From: an uncultured bacterium
GTDB taxonomy: Bacteria > RBG-13-66-14 > B26-G2 > WVWN01
Reading direction: 5' to 3'
Length of the DNA stretch: 49,687 nt
NCBI GenBank assembly: GCA_964631855.1
Contig: CAZWAM010000002.1
Span: 50,603-100,289, forward strand
Position numbers and translations under genes: made by a program. Each line of letters starts with the position of its first letter. The first letter of the stretch is position 1. The notes beneath the pieces are model-generated. The model had not been told where the DNA came from, did no database searches, and saw nothing but the letters and a program-made list of their open reading frames with translations. This document shows positions 8,113 through 16,695 of the stretch, piece by piece.

Positions 8113-10095
8113 TTGGCCAAGATTAAACTCAATCCTTCCCAAGAGCGCGTCGTCACCGCGCCGCCCGGGCCGATGCTCGTCGTGGCCGGCGCGGGCTCAG
8201 GCAAGACGCGCGTCATTACGGAACGCATACTCCACCTCATTACCGGCGGGGGGGTCGCGCCCGCGAACATCCTGGCCGTGACCTTCACCAACAAAGCGGC
8301 TCAAGAAATGCAGCGACGCCTCGAGGCCTCGCTGGGATATCGGCCCGCGGTTACCGTCGGCACGTTCCACGCGACGGGCGCACACATATTGCGCGCCGAG
8401 GCCCGCTGCGCGGCCGGCCGCGCCGACCAAAATTTCGTCATCTTCGACGCCGCGGATACGGAAGCCGCGATAAAAAAGATCGCGGAGAAATGGGCCCTTC
8501 CCGCCGAGCAGTTCCACTACAAACGGCTCGCCGCCGCCGTCGAGGCCGCCAAGCGCGAATTGATAACGCCCGCGCAATATCCCCGCGACGACGGCTACCG
8601 CGAGGTCGTGGCCGACGTCTACGCCGCCTACCAACAGATCCTCCGTGAGAACAACGCCTACGACTTCGGCGACCTTCTAATGGAACCGGTCCTGCTTCTC
8701 CGACGCGAGGCGGAGGTTCTTTCCCGTTGGCGGGAGCGCTTCCGGCACATTCTCGTCGACGAGTTTCAGGATACGAACCTGGCGCAGTACGAACTAAGCA
8801 GACTCCTGGGCGAAAAGTACCGCCAAGTCTGCGTCGTGGGGGACCCGGACCAGTCGATATACCGGTGGCGCGGCGCCGACGTAGCCAACTTCAAACGATT
8901 CTCGGAGGATTTCCCGGAGGCGGGCCTCTATACCCTCGAGCGCAACTACCGTTCCCACCAGGCCGTCCTCGACGCCGCGAACGCCCTCATAAAATTCAAT
9001 AAACAGAGCCCCTACGCGAAGGCGCTTTGGAGCGACCGCCCGGCCGAAGTCAAACCGACGGCCTTCCAATGTTGCGACGAACGACACGAGGCGCTCCGCG
9101 TTGCCTACGCCGTCGAAGAGGCGCGCGCGAATTACGGCCTGGACTACCGAGAGTGCGCGATACTCTACCGCGTGAACGCGCAATCCCGCCTATTCGAGGA
9201 GGTGCTCGCCAACGCCGGCATCCCGTTCCAAATCGTAGGGGGGATGCGCTTTTACGAGAGGCGGGAAGTCAAAGACGCCCTCGCATACTTACGCCTAAGT
9301 CACAACGCCGCCGACGGCGTAGCGTTCGCGCGGGTAGTCAACGTGCCGCCGCGCGGCGTGGGCGCGACTTCGCTTAAAATAATCGACGAGAACCGGCGGG
9401 GAAGGGCCGCGCTCGAAGCCGCCGCGGCCGAAGACGTTCTCGCGCGACTGCCGGCGCGCACCGCCGCGGGCCTGCGCCGTTTTACGACGTTAATAAAAGA
9501 ACTCGCCGCCGAAGCCGAGGCCCGGCCGCCGAGCGAAATCCTCGCCGCGGCCGTCGAGAAAAGCGGTTACTTGACCTGGCTCGCGGAGCAGAAAGACGTG
9601 AAGGGCGAAGCTCGCGCCGAAAACGTCCGGGAGCTGATAAACGCCGCCGCGGAATTCGAAGACGAACACCCGGAGGCCACGCTCGCCGAGTTCCTCGAAT
9701 CCGTCGCGCTCGTGAGCGACGTGGACAACTACGACGCCGATGCCGACCGCGTCTCCCTAATGACGCTCCATACCGCCAAGGGGTTGGAGTTCGGCGCCGT
9801 CTTCATCGTAGGATTGGAAGAGTCGCTCCTCCCCCACGCCAACGCGATGGCCGACGCCGCGGAAATCGAAGAAGAACGGCGCCTCTGCTACGTGGGCTTG
9901 ACGCGCGCCAAGGACCTATTATATCTATCGTACGCGGAGACCCGCAACGTCGCCGGCGTGCCGCAAACGCGCGGGCCGTCGCGTTTCCTCGGCGAAATCG
10001 GCGAACGGCACGTCGCCCTCTCAGAACCGTTGGAGGCCGACGAGGTAATCGAGTACAAACCTTGGGGTAGCCAAGGCCGGTACCCGAACATTTAG
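8113..10095 (+). CDS. uvrD: UvrD/PcrA/Rep-family ATP-dependent DNA helicase
   Basis: Superfamily 1A helicase motifs: AGAGSGKTRVIT (Walker A), ILAVTFTNKAAQEM, ILVDEFQDTN, VGDPDQSIYRWRGA, LERNYRS, TLHTAKGLEF, VGLTRAK. The start codon is TTG. Confidence 0.9.
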   Translation: MAKIKLNPSQERVVTAPPGPMLVVAGAGSGKTRVITERILHLITGGGVAPANILAVTFTNKAAQEMQRRLEASLGYRPAVTVGTFHATGAHILRAEARCAAGRADQNFVIFDAADTEAAIKKIAEKWALPAEQFHYKRLAAAVEAAKRELITPAQYPRDDGYREVVADVYAAYQQILRENNAYDFGDLLMEPVLLLRREAEVLSRWRERFRHILVDEFQDTNLAQYELSRLLGEKYRQVCVVGDPDQSIYRWRGADVANFKRFSEDFPEAGLYTLERNYRSHQAVLDAANALIKFNKQSPYAKALWSDRPAEVKPTAFQCCDERHEALRVAYAVEEARANYGLDYRECAILYRVNAQSRLFEEVLANAGIPFQIVGGMRFYERREVKDALAYLRLSHNAADGVAFARVVNVPPRGVGATSLKIIDENRRGRAALEAAAAEDVLARLPARTAAGLRRFTTLIKELAAEAEARPPSEILAAAVEKSGYLTWLAEQKDVKGEARAENVRELINAAAEFEDEHPEATLAEFLESVALVSDVDNYDADADRVSLMTLHTAKGLEFGAVFIVGLEESLLPHANAMADAAEIEEERRLCYVGLTRAKDLLYLSYAETRNVAGVPQTRGPSRFLGEIGERHVALSEPLEADEVIEYKPWGSQGRYPNI

Positions 10096-10104
10096 GGGAA
10101 TTAT

Positions 10105-10419
10105 ATGGACGCGTACGAAGAAAGAATCAAAGTTATCCGACGCATGATACGAGAGACCTACCTCGCGCTGCCGGGCGACGAGGAAGCAAAGCTCGCCGAA
10201 GAAGTCGTGGGCCTGTTGGAAAACGTGGATATACTCGCGGCGTTGGAAGTTGAGGAGGGGCCGCCTCCCCCCGCGGTCGAGCCTACCGAACTCCGCGAAG
10301 ACCTGGCGCAACCGTCGCTCTCCCTCCCCAGCGCACTCGCGAACGCGCCCGACGCCCACGACGCCTTCGTCGCCGTGCCTAAAATTTTGGCGCCTGAAGA
10401 GAAAGGTGATAAGAAGTGA
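10105..10419 (+). CDS. Small acidic hypothetical protein
   Basis: 104-codon ORF with ATG 9 nt after the helicase stop. Its TGA overlaps the next GTG start (GTGA). Composition is coding-like, and I recognise no family. Confidence 0.5.
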   Translation: MDAYEERIKVIRRMIRETYLALPGDEEAKLAEEVVGLLENVDILAALEVEEGPPPPAVEPTELREDLAQPSLSLPSALANAPDAHDAFVAVPKILAPEEKGDKK

Positions 10420-11537
10420 AGGCCGGCCGGTCTTTAGCCGCCGCCCTTACGCTGCTTTTGACGTGCTGCACCGCCGGCGAAAAAGAAAAGCCGACGGCCG
10501 CGACCGCCTGGGCGACGGCCGAAGTGCCACCGGTTATAGAAAGCATCGAGGCCCCGACCGCCGACATCGACATAAAATGGGAGGAGTGGTCGGCCACCGG
10601 CTTGGGCGACGCGAAAATCGATTGGCCCGCGGGCGCCGGCTGCGCCAAGGGCGCGCTTTACCTCGTCGGGACTCGTAAACTAAAGGGAAGCAGTGCGGCC
10701 ACGAAGCCTCGAGCCGAAATCGTATTCGTCAAATCCACACCGGGGCGCCTCGACGAAGTTGCAGCTTACCCCAGCCGATTCGCGGAGCGCGCGTACGCGT
10801 CTTTGGCGCCGGGTCCCGGCAACCGTCTATGGTTTATCGGGGGAATGTATACGCCGCCGCCCTTGAAACTTGCGCCGGAGGGGCAACTGAATTACGCCGA
10901 ACTCGGGACGCCCGTGGGCGAGGTGTACGTTTGGACGCCGGGTCGCGCGGACCTGAAGCTCGAGACGTACCTACCAATACCGCGCGGCAAAGCCGGGACG
11001 ACGTTCCACGAAGGCGACTTATACGTCGTAGGCGGCATTTTCGACGCCGCTAACCCCGCTGACCAGAACAACCGCCAACTACATCGTTATAACCCGGGCG
11101 AGGGCCTATGGACCAAGCTGCACCACATCCCGGCCCCGCTCGCGCAACCCGCGGCCGCCGTGGCCCAAGGCGGCCTATACGTAATCGGCGGGAACCAGCT
11201 TAAACCCGTCCACGTCTCCGGCGCCGTCTATCGCTACGACCTGACGGTATACAAGTGGCAAAATATGCCGCGGCTCCCGGCGCCCCGGTTCGGCGCCGCG
11301 GCGTACGCGGTCGGCGATTACATTTACGTCGTGGGCGGCTGCGAGGCCAAGGCGCTCGGCGCGCCCGACCGGATGGCCCTTAAATCATTCCGCTTCGACC
11401 TCGCCAACAAACGTTGGGAAGAGCTGCCCTCCCCCCTTCCCGAAGGATGCATGCTCTCCGCCTTCGACGGTTCCTACTTCTACTTAGTGGGTATACATAA
11501 GACCTACCGCGGCCGCATCACCAAAATAAGGCGCTAA
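10416..11537 (+). CDS. Kelch-repeat protein with signal peptide / probable lipoprotein
   Basis: N-terminal hydrophobic leader ending LLLTCC. Repeated Kelch-type blades (LWFIGG, LYVVGG, LYVIGG, IYVVGG). Confidence 0.75.
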   Translation: MKAGRSLAAALTLLLTCCTAGEKEKPTAATAWATAEVPPVIESIEAPTADIDIKWEEWSATGLGDAKIDWPAGAGCAKGALYLVGTRKLKGSSAATKPRAEIVFVKSTPGRLDEVAAYPSRFAERAYASLAPGPGNRLWFIGGMYTPPPLKLAPEGQLNYAELGTPVGEVYVWTPGRADLKLETYLPIPRGKAGTTFHEGDLYVVGGIFDAANPADQNNRQLHRYNPGEGLWTKLHHIPAPLAQPAAAVAQGGLYVIGGNQLKPVHVSGAVYRYDLTVYKWQNMPRLPAPRFGAAAYAVGDYIYVVGGCEAKALGAPDRMALKSFRFDLANKRWEELPSPLPEGCMLSAFDGSYFYLVGIHKTYRGRITKIRR

Positions 11538-11552
11538 GCGCGCGGCCGATCT

Positions 11553-12986
11553 ATGGACATAACGAACCTCACGGCGTTGGAGATTGCGGCCAAGGCGCGC
11601 GGCGGCGAGCTGACGCCCGGCGAAGTCGTCGACGCGTTCCGGCGCCGCATCGACGCTCACGGCGCCGCGGTCAGCGCTTTTCTGTGTTTAAACGAACGCG
11701 AAAACAAACATAAAACAAACGGCCCTTTGGCCGGCGTGCCGGTCGCGGTCAAAGACAACATCTGCACCGAATGGTTGCCCACGACCGCGGGCTCGCGCGT
11801 CATCGAAAACTATCGGCCGCCGTACAACGCGACCGTCGTCGAACGGTTGCTCGCGGCCGGCGCCTACGTCATCGGCAAAACGAACCTCGACGAATTTGGG
11901 ATGGGCTCGTCGACCGAATACTCCGCGTTCTTCCCCACTAAAAACCCCCGCGACCTGAGCCGGGTCCCAGGGGGCTCGAGCGGCGGCTCGGCCGCGGCGG
12001 TTTGCGCCGGGCTCGCGCCCGTCGCGCTCGGCTCGGATACCGGCGGCTCCATTCGCCAGCCGGCGGCGATGTGCGGCATCGTCGGCCTTAAGCCGACGTA
12101 CGGCCGCGTCCCGCGCTACGGCCTGATAGCCTTCGCGCCCTCCTTCGACCAGATCGGCCCGCTCGCCCGGACCGTGAAGGACGCAGCCCTAATCCTAAAC
12201 GTTATCGCGGGCCACGACCGGCGCGATGCTACGTCGAGCCGACGTGACGTGCCGGATTACGTCGCCGGCCTCGAGCGCGACTACGGCCCTTTTAAGGTCG
12301 GCCTGATCGAAGAGTTCTTCGGCGACGACGTGGCGCCGGGCATAAAGGCCGGGATAGAGAATGCCCTCCGCAAATTGGAACAGATAGGTCACGTCGTAGA
12401 GCGCGCCGCCATTCCCAGCGCCTCCTGGGCGCTGCCCACCTATTACGTAACCGCCTGCGCGGAATGCTACTCCAACCTCGCCCGTTACCAGGGCGTGCTA
12501 TTCGGGCCGCGAGCGAACGGCTACGACGGCCCGGCGGACATGGTCGCGAGGTCGCGCGCCCGCGGTTTCGGCGGCGAGGTACGGCGACGGCTTGCCGCCG
12601 GCGGGTACGCCCTTTCGATCGGCTACCGCGACCGATACTACGCCAAAGCCCAAACAATACGCCAACATATGCGAGCTCAATTCGCCGCGGCGTTCGAGCA
12701 GTTCGATTTTCTCGTATATCCCGTTTCGCCGTTCACGGCATTCAAACTTAATACCCGCAACCTCGATCCGCAGCTAATGTATCTGGCGGACATCTTCACG
12801 GGCCTGGCTAACCTGGTTGGCCTCCCCGCCCTCTCGGTGCCGTGTGGCTTCGACGAGGAAGGGCTGCCGGTGGCGATTCACGTCATGTCGCGGCCCTGGG
12901 ATGAAGAACGCTTGCTCGCCCTCGGCCATCGGCTCGAGCTCGAGCTGGCGCTGCCCCGCGACGCCGTTACGCCCAAGGCGCAATAA
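11553..12986 (+). CDS. gatA: Asp-tRNA(Asn)/Glu-tRNA(Gln) amidotransferase subunit A
   Basis: Amidase signature GGSSGGSAAAV, KDNI, GSDTGGSIRQPA; typical length of 477 aa. Confidence 0.93.
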   Translation: MDITNLTALEIAAKARGGELTPGEVVDAFRRRIDAHGAAVSAFLCLNERENKHKTNGPLAGVPVAVKDNICTEWLPTTAGSRVIENYRPPYNATVVERLLAAGAYVIGKTNLDEFGMGSSTEYSAFFPTKNPRDLSRVPGGSSGGSAAAVCAGLAPVALGSDTGGSIRQPAAMCGIVGLKPTYGRVPRYGLIAFAPSFDQIGPLARTVKDAALILNVIAGHDRRDATSSRRDVPDYVAGLERDYGPFKVGLIEEFFGDDVAPGIKAGIENALRKLEQIGHVVERAAIPSASWALPTYYVTACAECYSNLARYQGVLFGPRANGYDGPADMVARSRARGFGGEVRRRLAAGGYALSIGYRDRYYAKAQTIRQHMRAQFAAAFEQFDFLVYPVSPFTAFKLNTRNLDPQLMYLADIFTGLANLVGLPALSVPCGFDEEGLPVAIHVMSRPWDEERLLALGHRLELELALPRDAVTPKAQ

Positions 12987-13083
12987 GCCGCGCCGGCAAT
13001 CGAACGTTGAAAACCTCCGCCCTTATCAGGTTGGCCGCGAAACGCTGGCCCGAGCACACAAAAACGAGAAGGGAGATTGAAAC

Positions 13084-13680
13084 GTGAGACGGAAAGCCGG
13101 CTTGCTGGTCGGCGCGGCAGCGAGCACGTTCGTCCTCGCCGCGTTCGGCACCGGTTGCTTGTTCGGCAACGAACCGGAGGAGCCGCCCGAGGTCCCGGCT
13201 ATGACGGAACCGAAATACGTCCTCGCCAACGTCGAACGTTCTTTCAACGAACGGGACAAGAACCTACTCGACGATTGCCTTCAAACCGACTTCACGTTCT
13301 ACTTCGACGCCGGCGACGTCGGCCGGAACCCGCCCGGGAGCGAATACCGTATCCCCGAATCATGGTCCAGGGCGGAATTTACGGGCGCATCCGCGAATAT
13401 GTTCGCTAAGGCGTACAGCATTTCCCTATCCATACCGCGCGATAAAATCGGCAAGCCCAAGCAAGGGGTAACTTATTTCGTCGTGGAAAAAACCCCCCTC
13501 GACATCCTCGTTATGGTCGACGAATTGAACGGGTACCAAGCGGACCGGGGTTATTGCGACTTCGGGTTCGGGCAGCAAGCCGACGGCAAGTGGCGAATGG
13601 TCAACTGGTACGACCACACCAGCGCCGATTATGGAGACGAGCCGTCGACGCTCGGGAGAATCCTCGCGCTATATCGTTAA
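13084..13680 (+). CDS. Lipoprotein, unknown function (paralog 1; C-terminal LGRILALYR)
   Basis: GTG start after AAGGGAG. Lipobox FGTGC. About 35-40% identical by eye to the next gene. Confidence 0.7.
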   Translation: MRRKAGLLVGAAASTFVLAAFGTGCLFGNEPEEPPEVPAMTEPKYVLANVERSFNERDKNLLDDCLQTDFTFYFDAGDVGRNPPGSEYRIPESWSRAEFTGASANMFAKAYSISLSIPRDKIGKPKQGVTYFVVEKTPLDILVMVDELNGYQADRGYCDFGFGQQADGKWRMVNWYDHTSADYGDEPSTLGRILALYR

Positions 13681-13722
13681 ACGCAGGACGCCGGTTCACG
13701 TTCGACGGAAAAGGCAGGTTTA

Positions 13723-14322
13723 ATGAAAATGTTTAACTTAAAACGACCATCCGGCGCCGCCAGCGCGGTGCTTCTTTTCGCGATTACGTTCTTCGTCGGC
13801 TGCGGCGAAGAGGAAGAGGCTCCCGTAGGCCCCGGGCCGTACCCGATGAACGAACCGAAGTACGCCCTGGCCAACGTCGAGTTGGCGTTCAACGGTTACG
13901 ACGCGGGCCTCCTCGATAAATGCCTGGCCGACACGTTTCTATTTTATTTCGACCCCAACGACGTGGGCCAAAACGCCAACGGCTACGTGATGCCCGGCTC
14001 CTGGGCTCGGGTGGACTTCTTACAGGCGCCCCGAAATATGTTCGCGCGGGCGCAGAGAATTTCATTAAACAATAACTGGCGGGCCATCGGGTCGCCGGAC
14101 CCCAACGAAACCTTTTACGTAGCCTACGCGGTCCCGTTGAAAATCGTCGTCGTGATCGACGCGAACAAAAGCTACGTATTGGACGACGGCACGTGCGACT
14201 ACGAGTTTGAAAAGGACGCGGACGAGACATGGCGCGTCGTAAATTGGCGAGACCGCAGCCGCGCGGCCGGGTGTATCGGTTCCTTCACGCTGGGGCGCAT
14301 ATTGGCCAAATTTTATTTATAA
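13723..14322 (+). CDS. Lipoprotein, unknown function (paralog 2; C-terminal LGRILAKFYL)
   Basis: Lipobox FFVGC. Shares EPKY.LANVE..FN..D..LLD.CL...F.FYFD..DVG.N and the C-terminal motif with 13084..13680. Confidence 0.7.
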   Translation: MKMFNLKRPSGAASAVLLFAITFFVGCGEEEEAPVGPGPYPMNEPKYALANVELAFNGYDAGLLDKCLADTFLFYFDPNDVGQNANGYVMPGSWARVDFLQAPRNMFARAQRISLNNNWRAIGSPDPNETFYVAYAVPLKIVVVIDANKSYVLDDGTCDYEFEKDADETWRVVNWRDRSRAAGCIGSFTLGRILAKFYL

Positions 14323-14325
14323 ACC

Positions 14326-14349
14326 CCCGGCAACGAGCGCCGGGCCTTT
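14326..14349 (+). terminator. Weak terminator candidate
   Basis: cccggc / gccggg stem with a 7-nt loop, then ccTTT. Confidence 0.3.
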
Positions 14350-14419
14350 GGACCCCGGCGGGACGCGTGCCGTATCTCTCCGAACGCAAGTCGGCAAGTT
14401 CGACGTTGAGACAATATCC

Positions 14420-14448
14420 TTGACGCGGCCTCCCGGCAAATCTATAAT
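14420..14448 (+). promoter_or_regulatory. Near-consensus sigma70 promoter
   Basis: TTGACG at 14420-14425, an exact 17-nt spacer, then TATAAT at 14443-14448. The next plus-strand start codon with an RBS is ATG 14777, about 320 nt downstream. Confidence 0.6.
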
Positions 14449-14505
14449 CGCACGTTACCAACTACAAATTAAGCTGATAAGAATTTTAACGTTGCGTGAA
14501 ACCTC

Positions 14506-14763
14506 TTAAATTCCATACGCGGGCGGTGCGCGGTACGGCGCTTCCTCGAGGCGCTCGAGCTTCGCGTCTTCGCCGTCAGCTTCGGCGACGCGCTGACGCT
14601 CGTGCAGCACCCGCCCGGCGTAACGCACGAAGTCTTCGAGGCGGAGCGCGCCGCCGGCGCGGGTACGGGGCCCAACTTCGTAAGAATACCGGCGGGGCGC
14701 GAAGACGCGGAAGACATTATTGCCGACCTGGCGCAAGCACCGGAAAAGGCGCAAATTTATCAA
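14506..14763 (-). CDS. Possible small hypothetical protein (85 codons); strand and reality uncertain
   Basis: Clear 3-nt periodicity with G/C-rich wobble positions across about 14515-14760, and a balanced amino-acid composition in this frame. Against it, the start is TTG with no recognisable RBS and lies only 13 nt from the divergent ATG at 14777. Confidence 0.25.
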   Translation of the reverse strand: MINLRLFRCLRQVGNNVFRVFAPRRYSYEVGPRTRAGGALRLEDFVRYAGRVLHERQRVAEADGEDAKLERLEEAPYRAPPAYGI

Positions 14764-14776
14764 AGCGAGGTTTCAT

Positions 14777-15412
14777 ATGCGGCATATAATCCGTGCTGGG
14801 ACGTTGTGCGGCGCCCTGGCCATCGTCGCCGGGTGTGTCTCCTACAAACAACACACTACCTTCGAAAGCGACGGCTCCGGGCGCATGGTCGTCGACGTGT
14901 GGGTTGACCGCCTCGAGACCGCCGAGGAGGAAGACCAGGCGGCAAGCGCGGAAACCGCACCCGAAATTAACGAGGAACTAGGCCCCGCGTTCGCCGGCCT
15001 CGACGGCGTCACCGTAGAGGAAAGTTGGGTCAAAGTCGAAGGGGAGGGAGACGAACGGCGCGAGCATTCGCGGCTCGTGCTCGCGTTCGATAAGGTCGAA
15101 AGGCTCGCCGGCCACGGCGTCTTCGAGGAACAAGAATTATCGTTTCAAAAAGACGGCGACGAGTTCGCGTTCACGCAAACTATCCAAAACGAGCTAGAAA
15201 AAGAACCGCAAGAATACTCGAAGGAGAGCGAAGAACTCGCGCGTTCGCTCTTCGAAGGCTACACGCTTACGTACACGGTGGTTATGCCCGGCCGCGTCGC
15301 CGATACCAACGGGACGCTGGGAGAGGACGGCCGAACCGTAACGTGGGAGTGGCCGCTCTACGACTTTTCGAACCAAGAGAAAATAATTATGACCGCCACT
15401 TCCCGAATGTAA
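14777..15412 (+). CDS. Lipoprotein, unknown function
   Basis: ATG 14777 is preceded by GAGG at 6-nt spacing and gives MRHIIRAGTLCGALAIVAGC (lipobox). The upstream extension to 14720 is Arg/Lys-rich and implausible. Confidence 0.7.
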   Translation: MRHIIRAGTLCGALAIVAGCVSYKQHTTFESDGSGRMVVDVWVDRLETAEEEDQAASAETAPEINEELGPAFAGLDGVTVEESWVKVEGEGDERREHSRLVLAFDKVERLAGHGVFEEQELSFQKDGDEFAFTQTIQNELEKEPQEYSKESEELARSLFEGYTLTYTVVMPGRVADTNGTLGEDGRTVTWEWPLYDFSNQEKIIMTATSRM

Positions 15413-15440
15413 TTGCGGCCGACGCGGCCGGATAACGCGG

Positions 15441-15469
15441 TTGACAAACACAACGTGGGTAGTTAGAAT
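15441..15469 (+). promoter_or_regulatory. Near-consensus sigma70 promoter
   Basis: TTGACA at 15441-15446, a 17-nt spacer, then TAGAAT at 15464-15469. Confidence 0.55.
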
Positions 15470-15568
15470 CTTTTATCATTAATTGGGGCGCGCGGTGAAG
15501 CAACGCACGTCACTACGCCGACGAGGCAATCGCCGCCCGGAGCCGGCTTTATTATAGGAGGATTTATC

Positions 15569-15895
15569 GTGGGTTTCAAAATTTTCGCGTTAGCGGCCTT
15601 GGCCGTGGCCTTGGCCGTCGCCGCGGGTTGGGCGGACCAAGGCCGGGGCCTCGCGCTCGACGCCGACAACCCGGGCGCTGCGTTCGGGAAGGTAGCGCTC
15701 ATCATCGCGGCCATACTCTGCGCCATAATCATCGTCGTCATCATCGTCGTGATTATCGTCCTCCTCACGAAAAAGAAACCCCCCGCGCGCGCCGAACCTT
15801 CCGAACCCGCACGGCCGTCCGAACCGTCGAAGGCGGAGGGCCCGTCGGAACCCGAGCGACCTTCCGAGCCGGAGGAACCGGGCGGCGAGTCGTAG
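15569..15895 (+). CDS. Small bitopic membrane protein with a Pro/Ser/Glu-rich repeat tail
   Basis: GTG start after AGGAGGA. Signal-like N-terminus, an Ile/Val-rich TM segment (IIIVVIIVVIIVLL), then 4-5 degenerate PSEP repeats. Confidence 0.55.
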   Translation: MGFKIFALAALAVALAVAAGWADQGRGLALDADNPGAAFGKVALIIAAILCAIIIVVIIVVIIVLLTKKKPPARAEPSEPARPSEPSKAEGPSEPERPSEPEEPGGES

Positions 15896-15922
15896 TCAAG
15901 AGCTTCGCCAAACCGGAAGGGA

Positions 15923-15950
15923 GGGCGGCCGAGCGCCGCCCTTTACTTTC
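15923..15950 (+). terminator. Rho-independent terminator
   Basis: gggcggc / gccgccc stem with a 5-nt loop, followed by TTTacTTT. Confidence 0.55.
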
Positions 15951-16006
15951 GATAAGGGGTATATTAGAATAATTAAAAATAAACCTGAACGGGCAAGGGC
16001 CGCGTA

Positions 16007-16612
16007 ATGGCGAAACAAAGCAAATTGATCGAACAGCTTATAAATGAACTGACCAAAATGCCGGGCATAGGCCGCAAGACCGCCCAGCGCCTCACCTACT
16101 TCCTCCTTAAAGCCCCCGACGATTACGTCACCAATTTGGCGCGGCTCCTGAACGAAATAAAAGAACGCGTAAAGCCGTGTCGGGAATGCGGCAATCTGAC
16201 CGAGGTCGAACTGTGCGCTTTATGCGCGGACGAGACCCGCAACCGGCAACTTATCTGCGCGGTAGAGGACCCCGCCGACATAGCCCTTATCGAACGCACC
16301 GGCGAATTCAACGGCGTCTACCACGTCCTGATGGGCGTCATATCGCCGTTGGAAGGCATCGGGCCGGACCAATTGCGCCTGGGAGAACTCGTGAAGCGGG
16401 TCCAGACGGGCCGCGTCGTCGAAGTAATCGTGGCGACGGACCCCGACGTGGAGGGCGATACGACCGCCTACTACATCGCAAAGTTGCTCTCGCCTTTGAG
16501 GGTGAAAGCGACGCGCATCGCGCGGGGCCTCCCCGTCGGCGGCGACCTCGACTTTGCGGACGAAGTGACGCTCGCGAAAGCCATAGCCGGTCGTCAAGAA
16601 ATCGAGAAATAA
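16007..16612 (+). CDS. recR: Recombination protein RecR
   Basis: LIEQLINELTKMPGIGRKTAQRLTYFLL (HhH), a C4 zinc finger (CRECGNL..CALC), and Toprim DVEGDTTAYYI. Confidence 0.95.
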   Translation: MAKQSKLIEQLINELTKMPGIGRKTAQRLTYFLLKAPDDYVTNLARLLNEIKERVKPCRECGNLTEVELCALCADETRNRQLICAVEDPADIALIERTGEFNGVYHVLMGVISPLEGIGPDQLRLGELVKRVQTGRVVEVIVATDPDVEGDTTAYYIAKLLSPLRVKATRIARGLPVGGDLDFADEVTLAKAIAGRQEIEK

Positions 16613-16649
16613 ACGCACGCCGAGCCAGGCGGCGGCAAAACTATGAATA

Positions 16650-16690
16650 AAAATAGCCGGGCGTCACGACCCGGCTTCATTTCTTAGACT
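16650..16690. terminator. Bidirectional terminator between convergent genes
   Basis: agccggg / cccggct stem with an 8-nt loop, flanked by an A-run upstream and a T-rich tract downstream. Confidence 0.55.
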
Positions 16691-16695
16691 TACCC

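Noticed and set aside
11553-12986. gatA and gatB 24 kb apart on opposite strands with no gatC seen, considered as an anomaly
   Set aside because: As far as I know, dispersed gatCAB genes are common in bacteria. gatC is small and may lie outside the window.
14602-14907. 101-codon plus-strand ORF spanning the 14420-14776 region into the lipoprotein gene
   Set aside because: It has no start before GTG 14602 although the periodic signal begins near 14515. Its 3' half is an Arg-rich alternate frame of the 14777 gene. It is kept only as an alternative in the finding.
15780-15890. Short DNA repeats (PSEP-coding units) considered as a tandem repeat or mini-array
   Set aside because: The repeats are imperfect, in frame and inside a coding ORF with an RBS. 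There is no spacer-repeat regularity, and no CRISPR-like array appears anywhere in the window.
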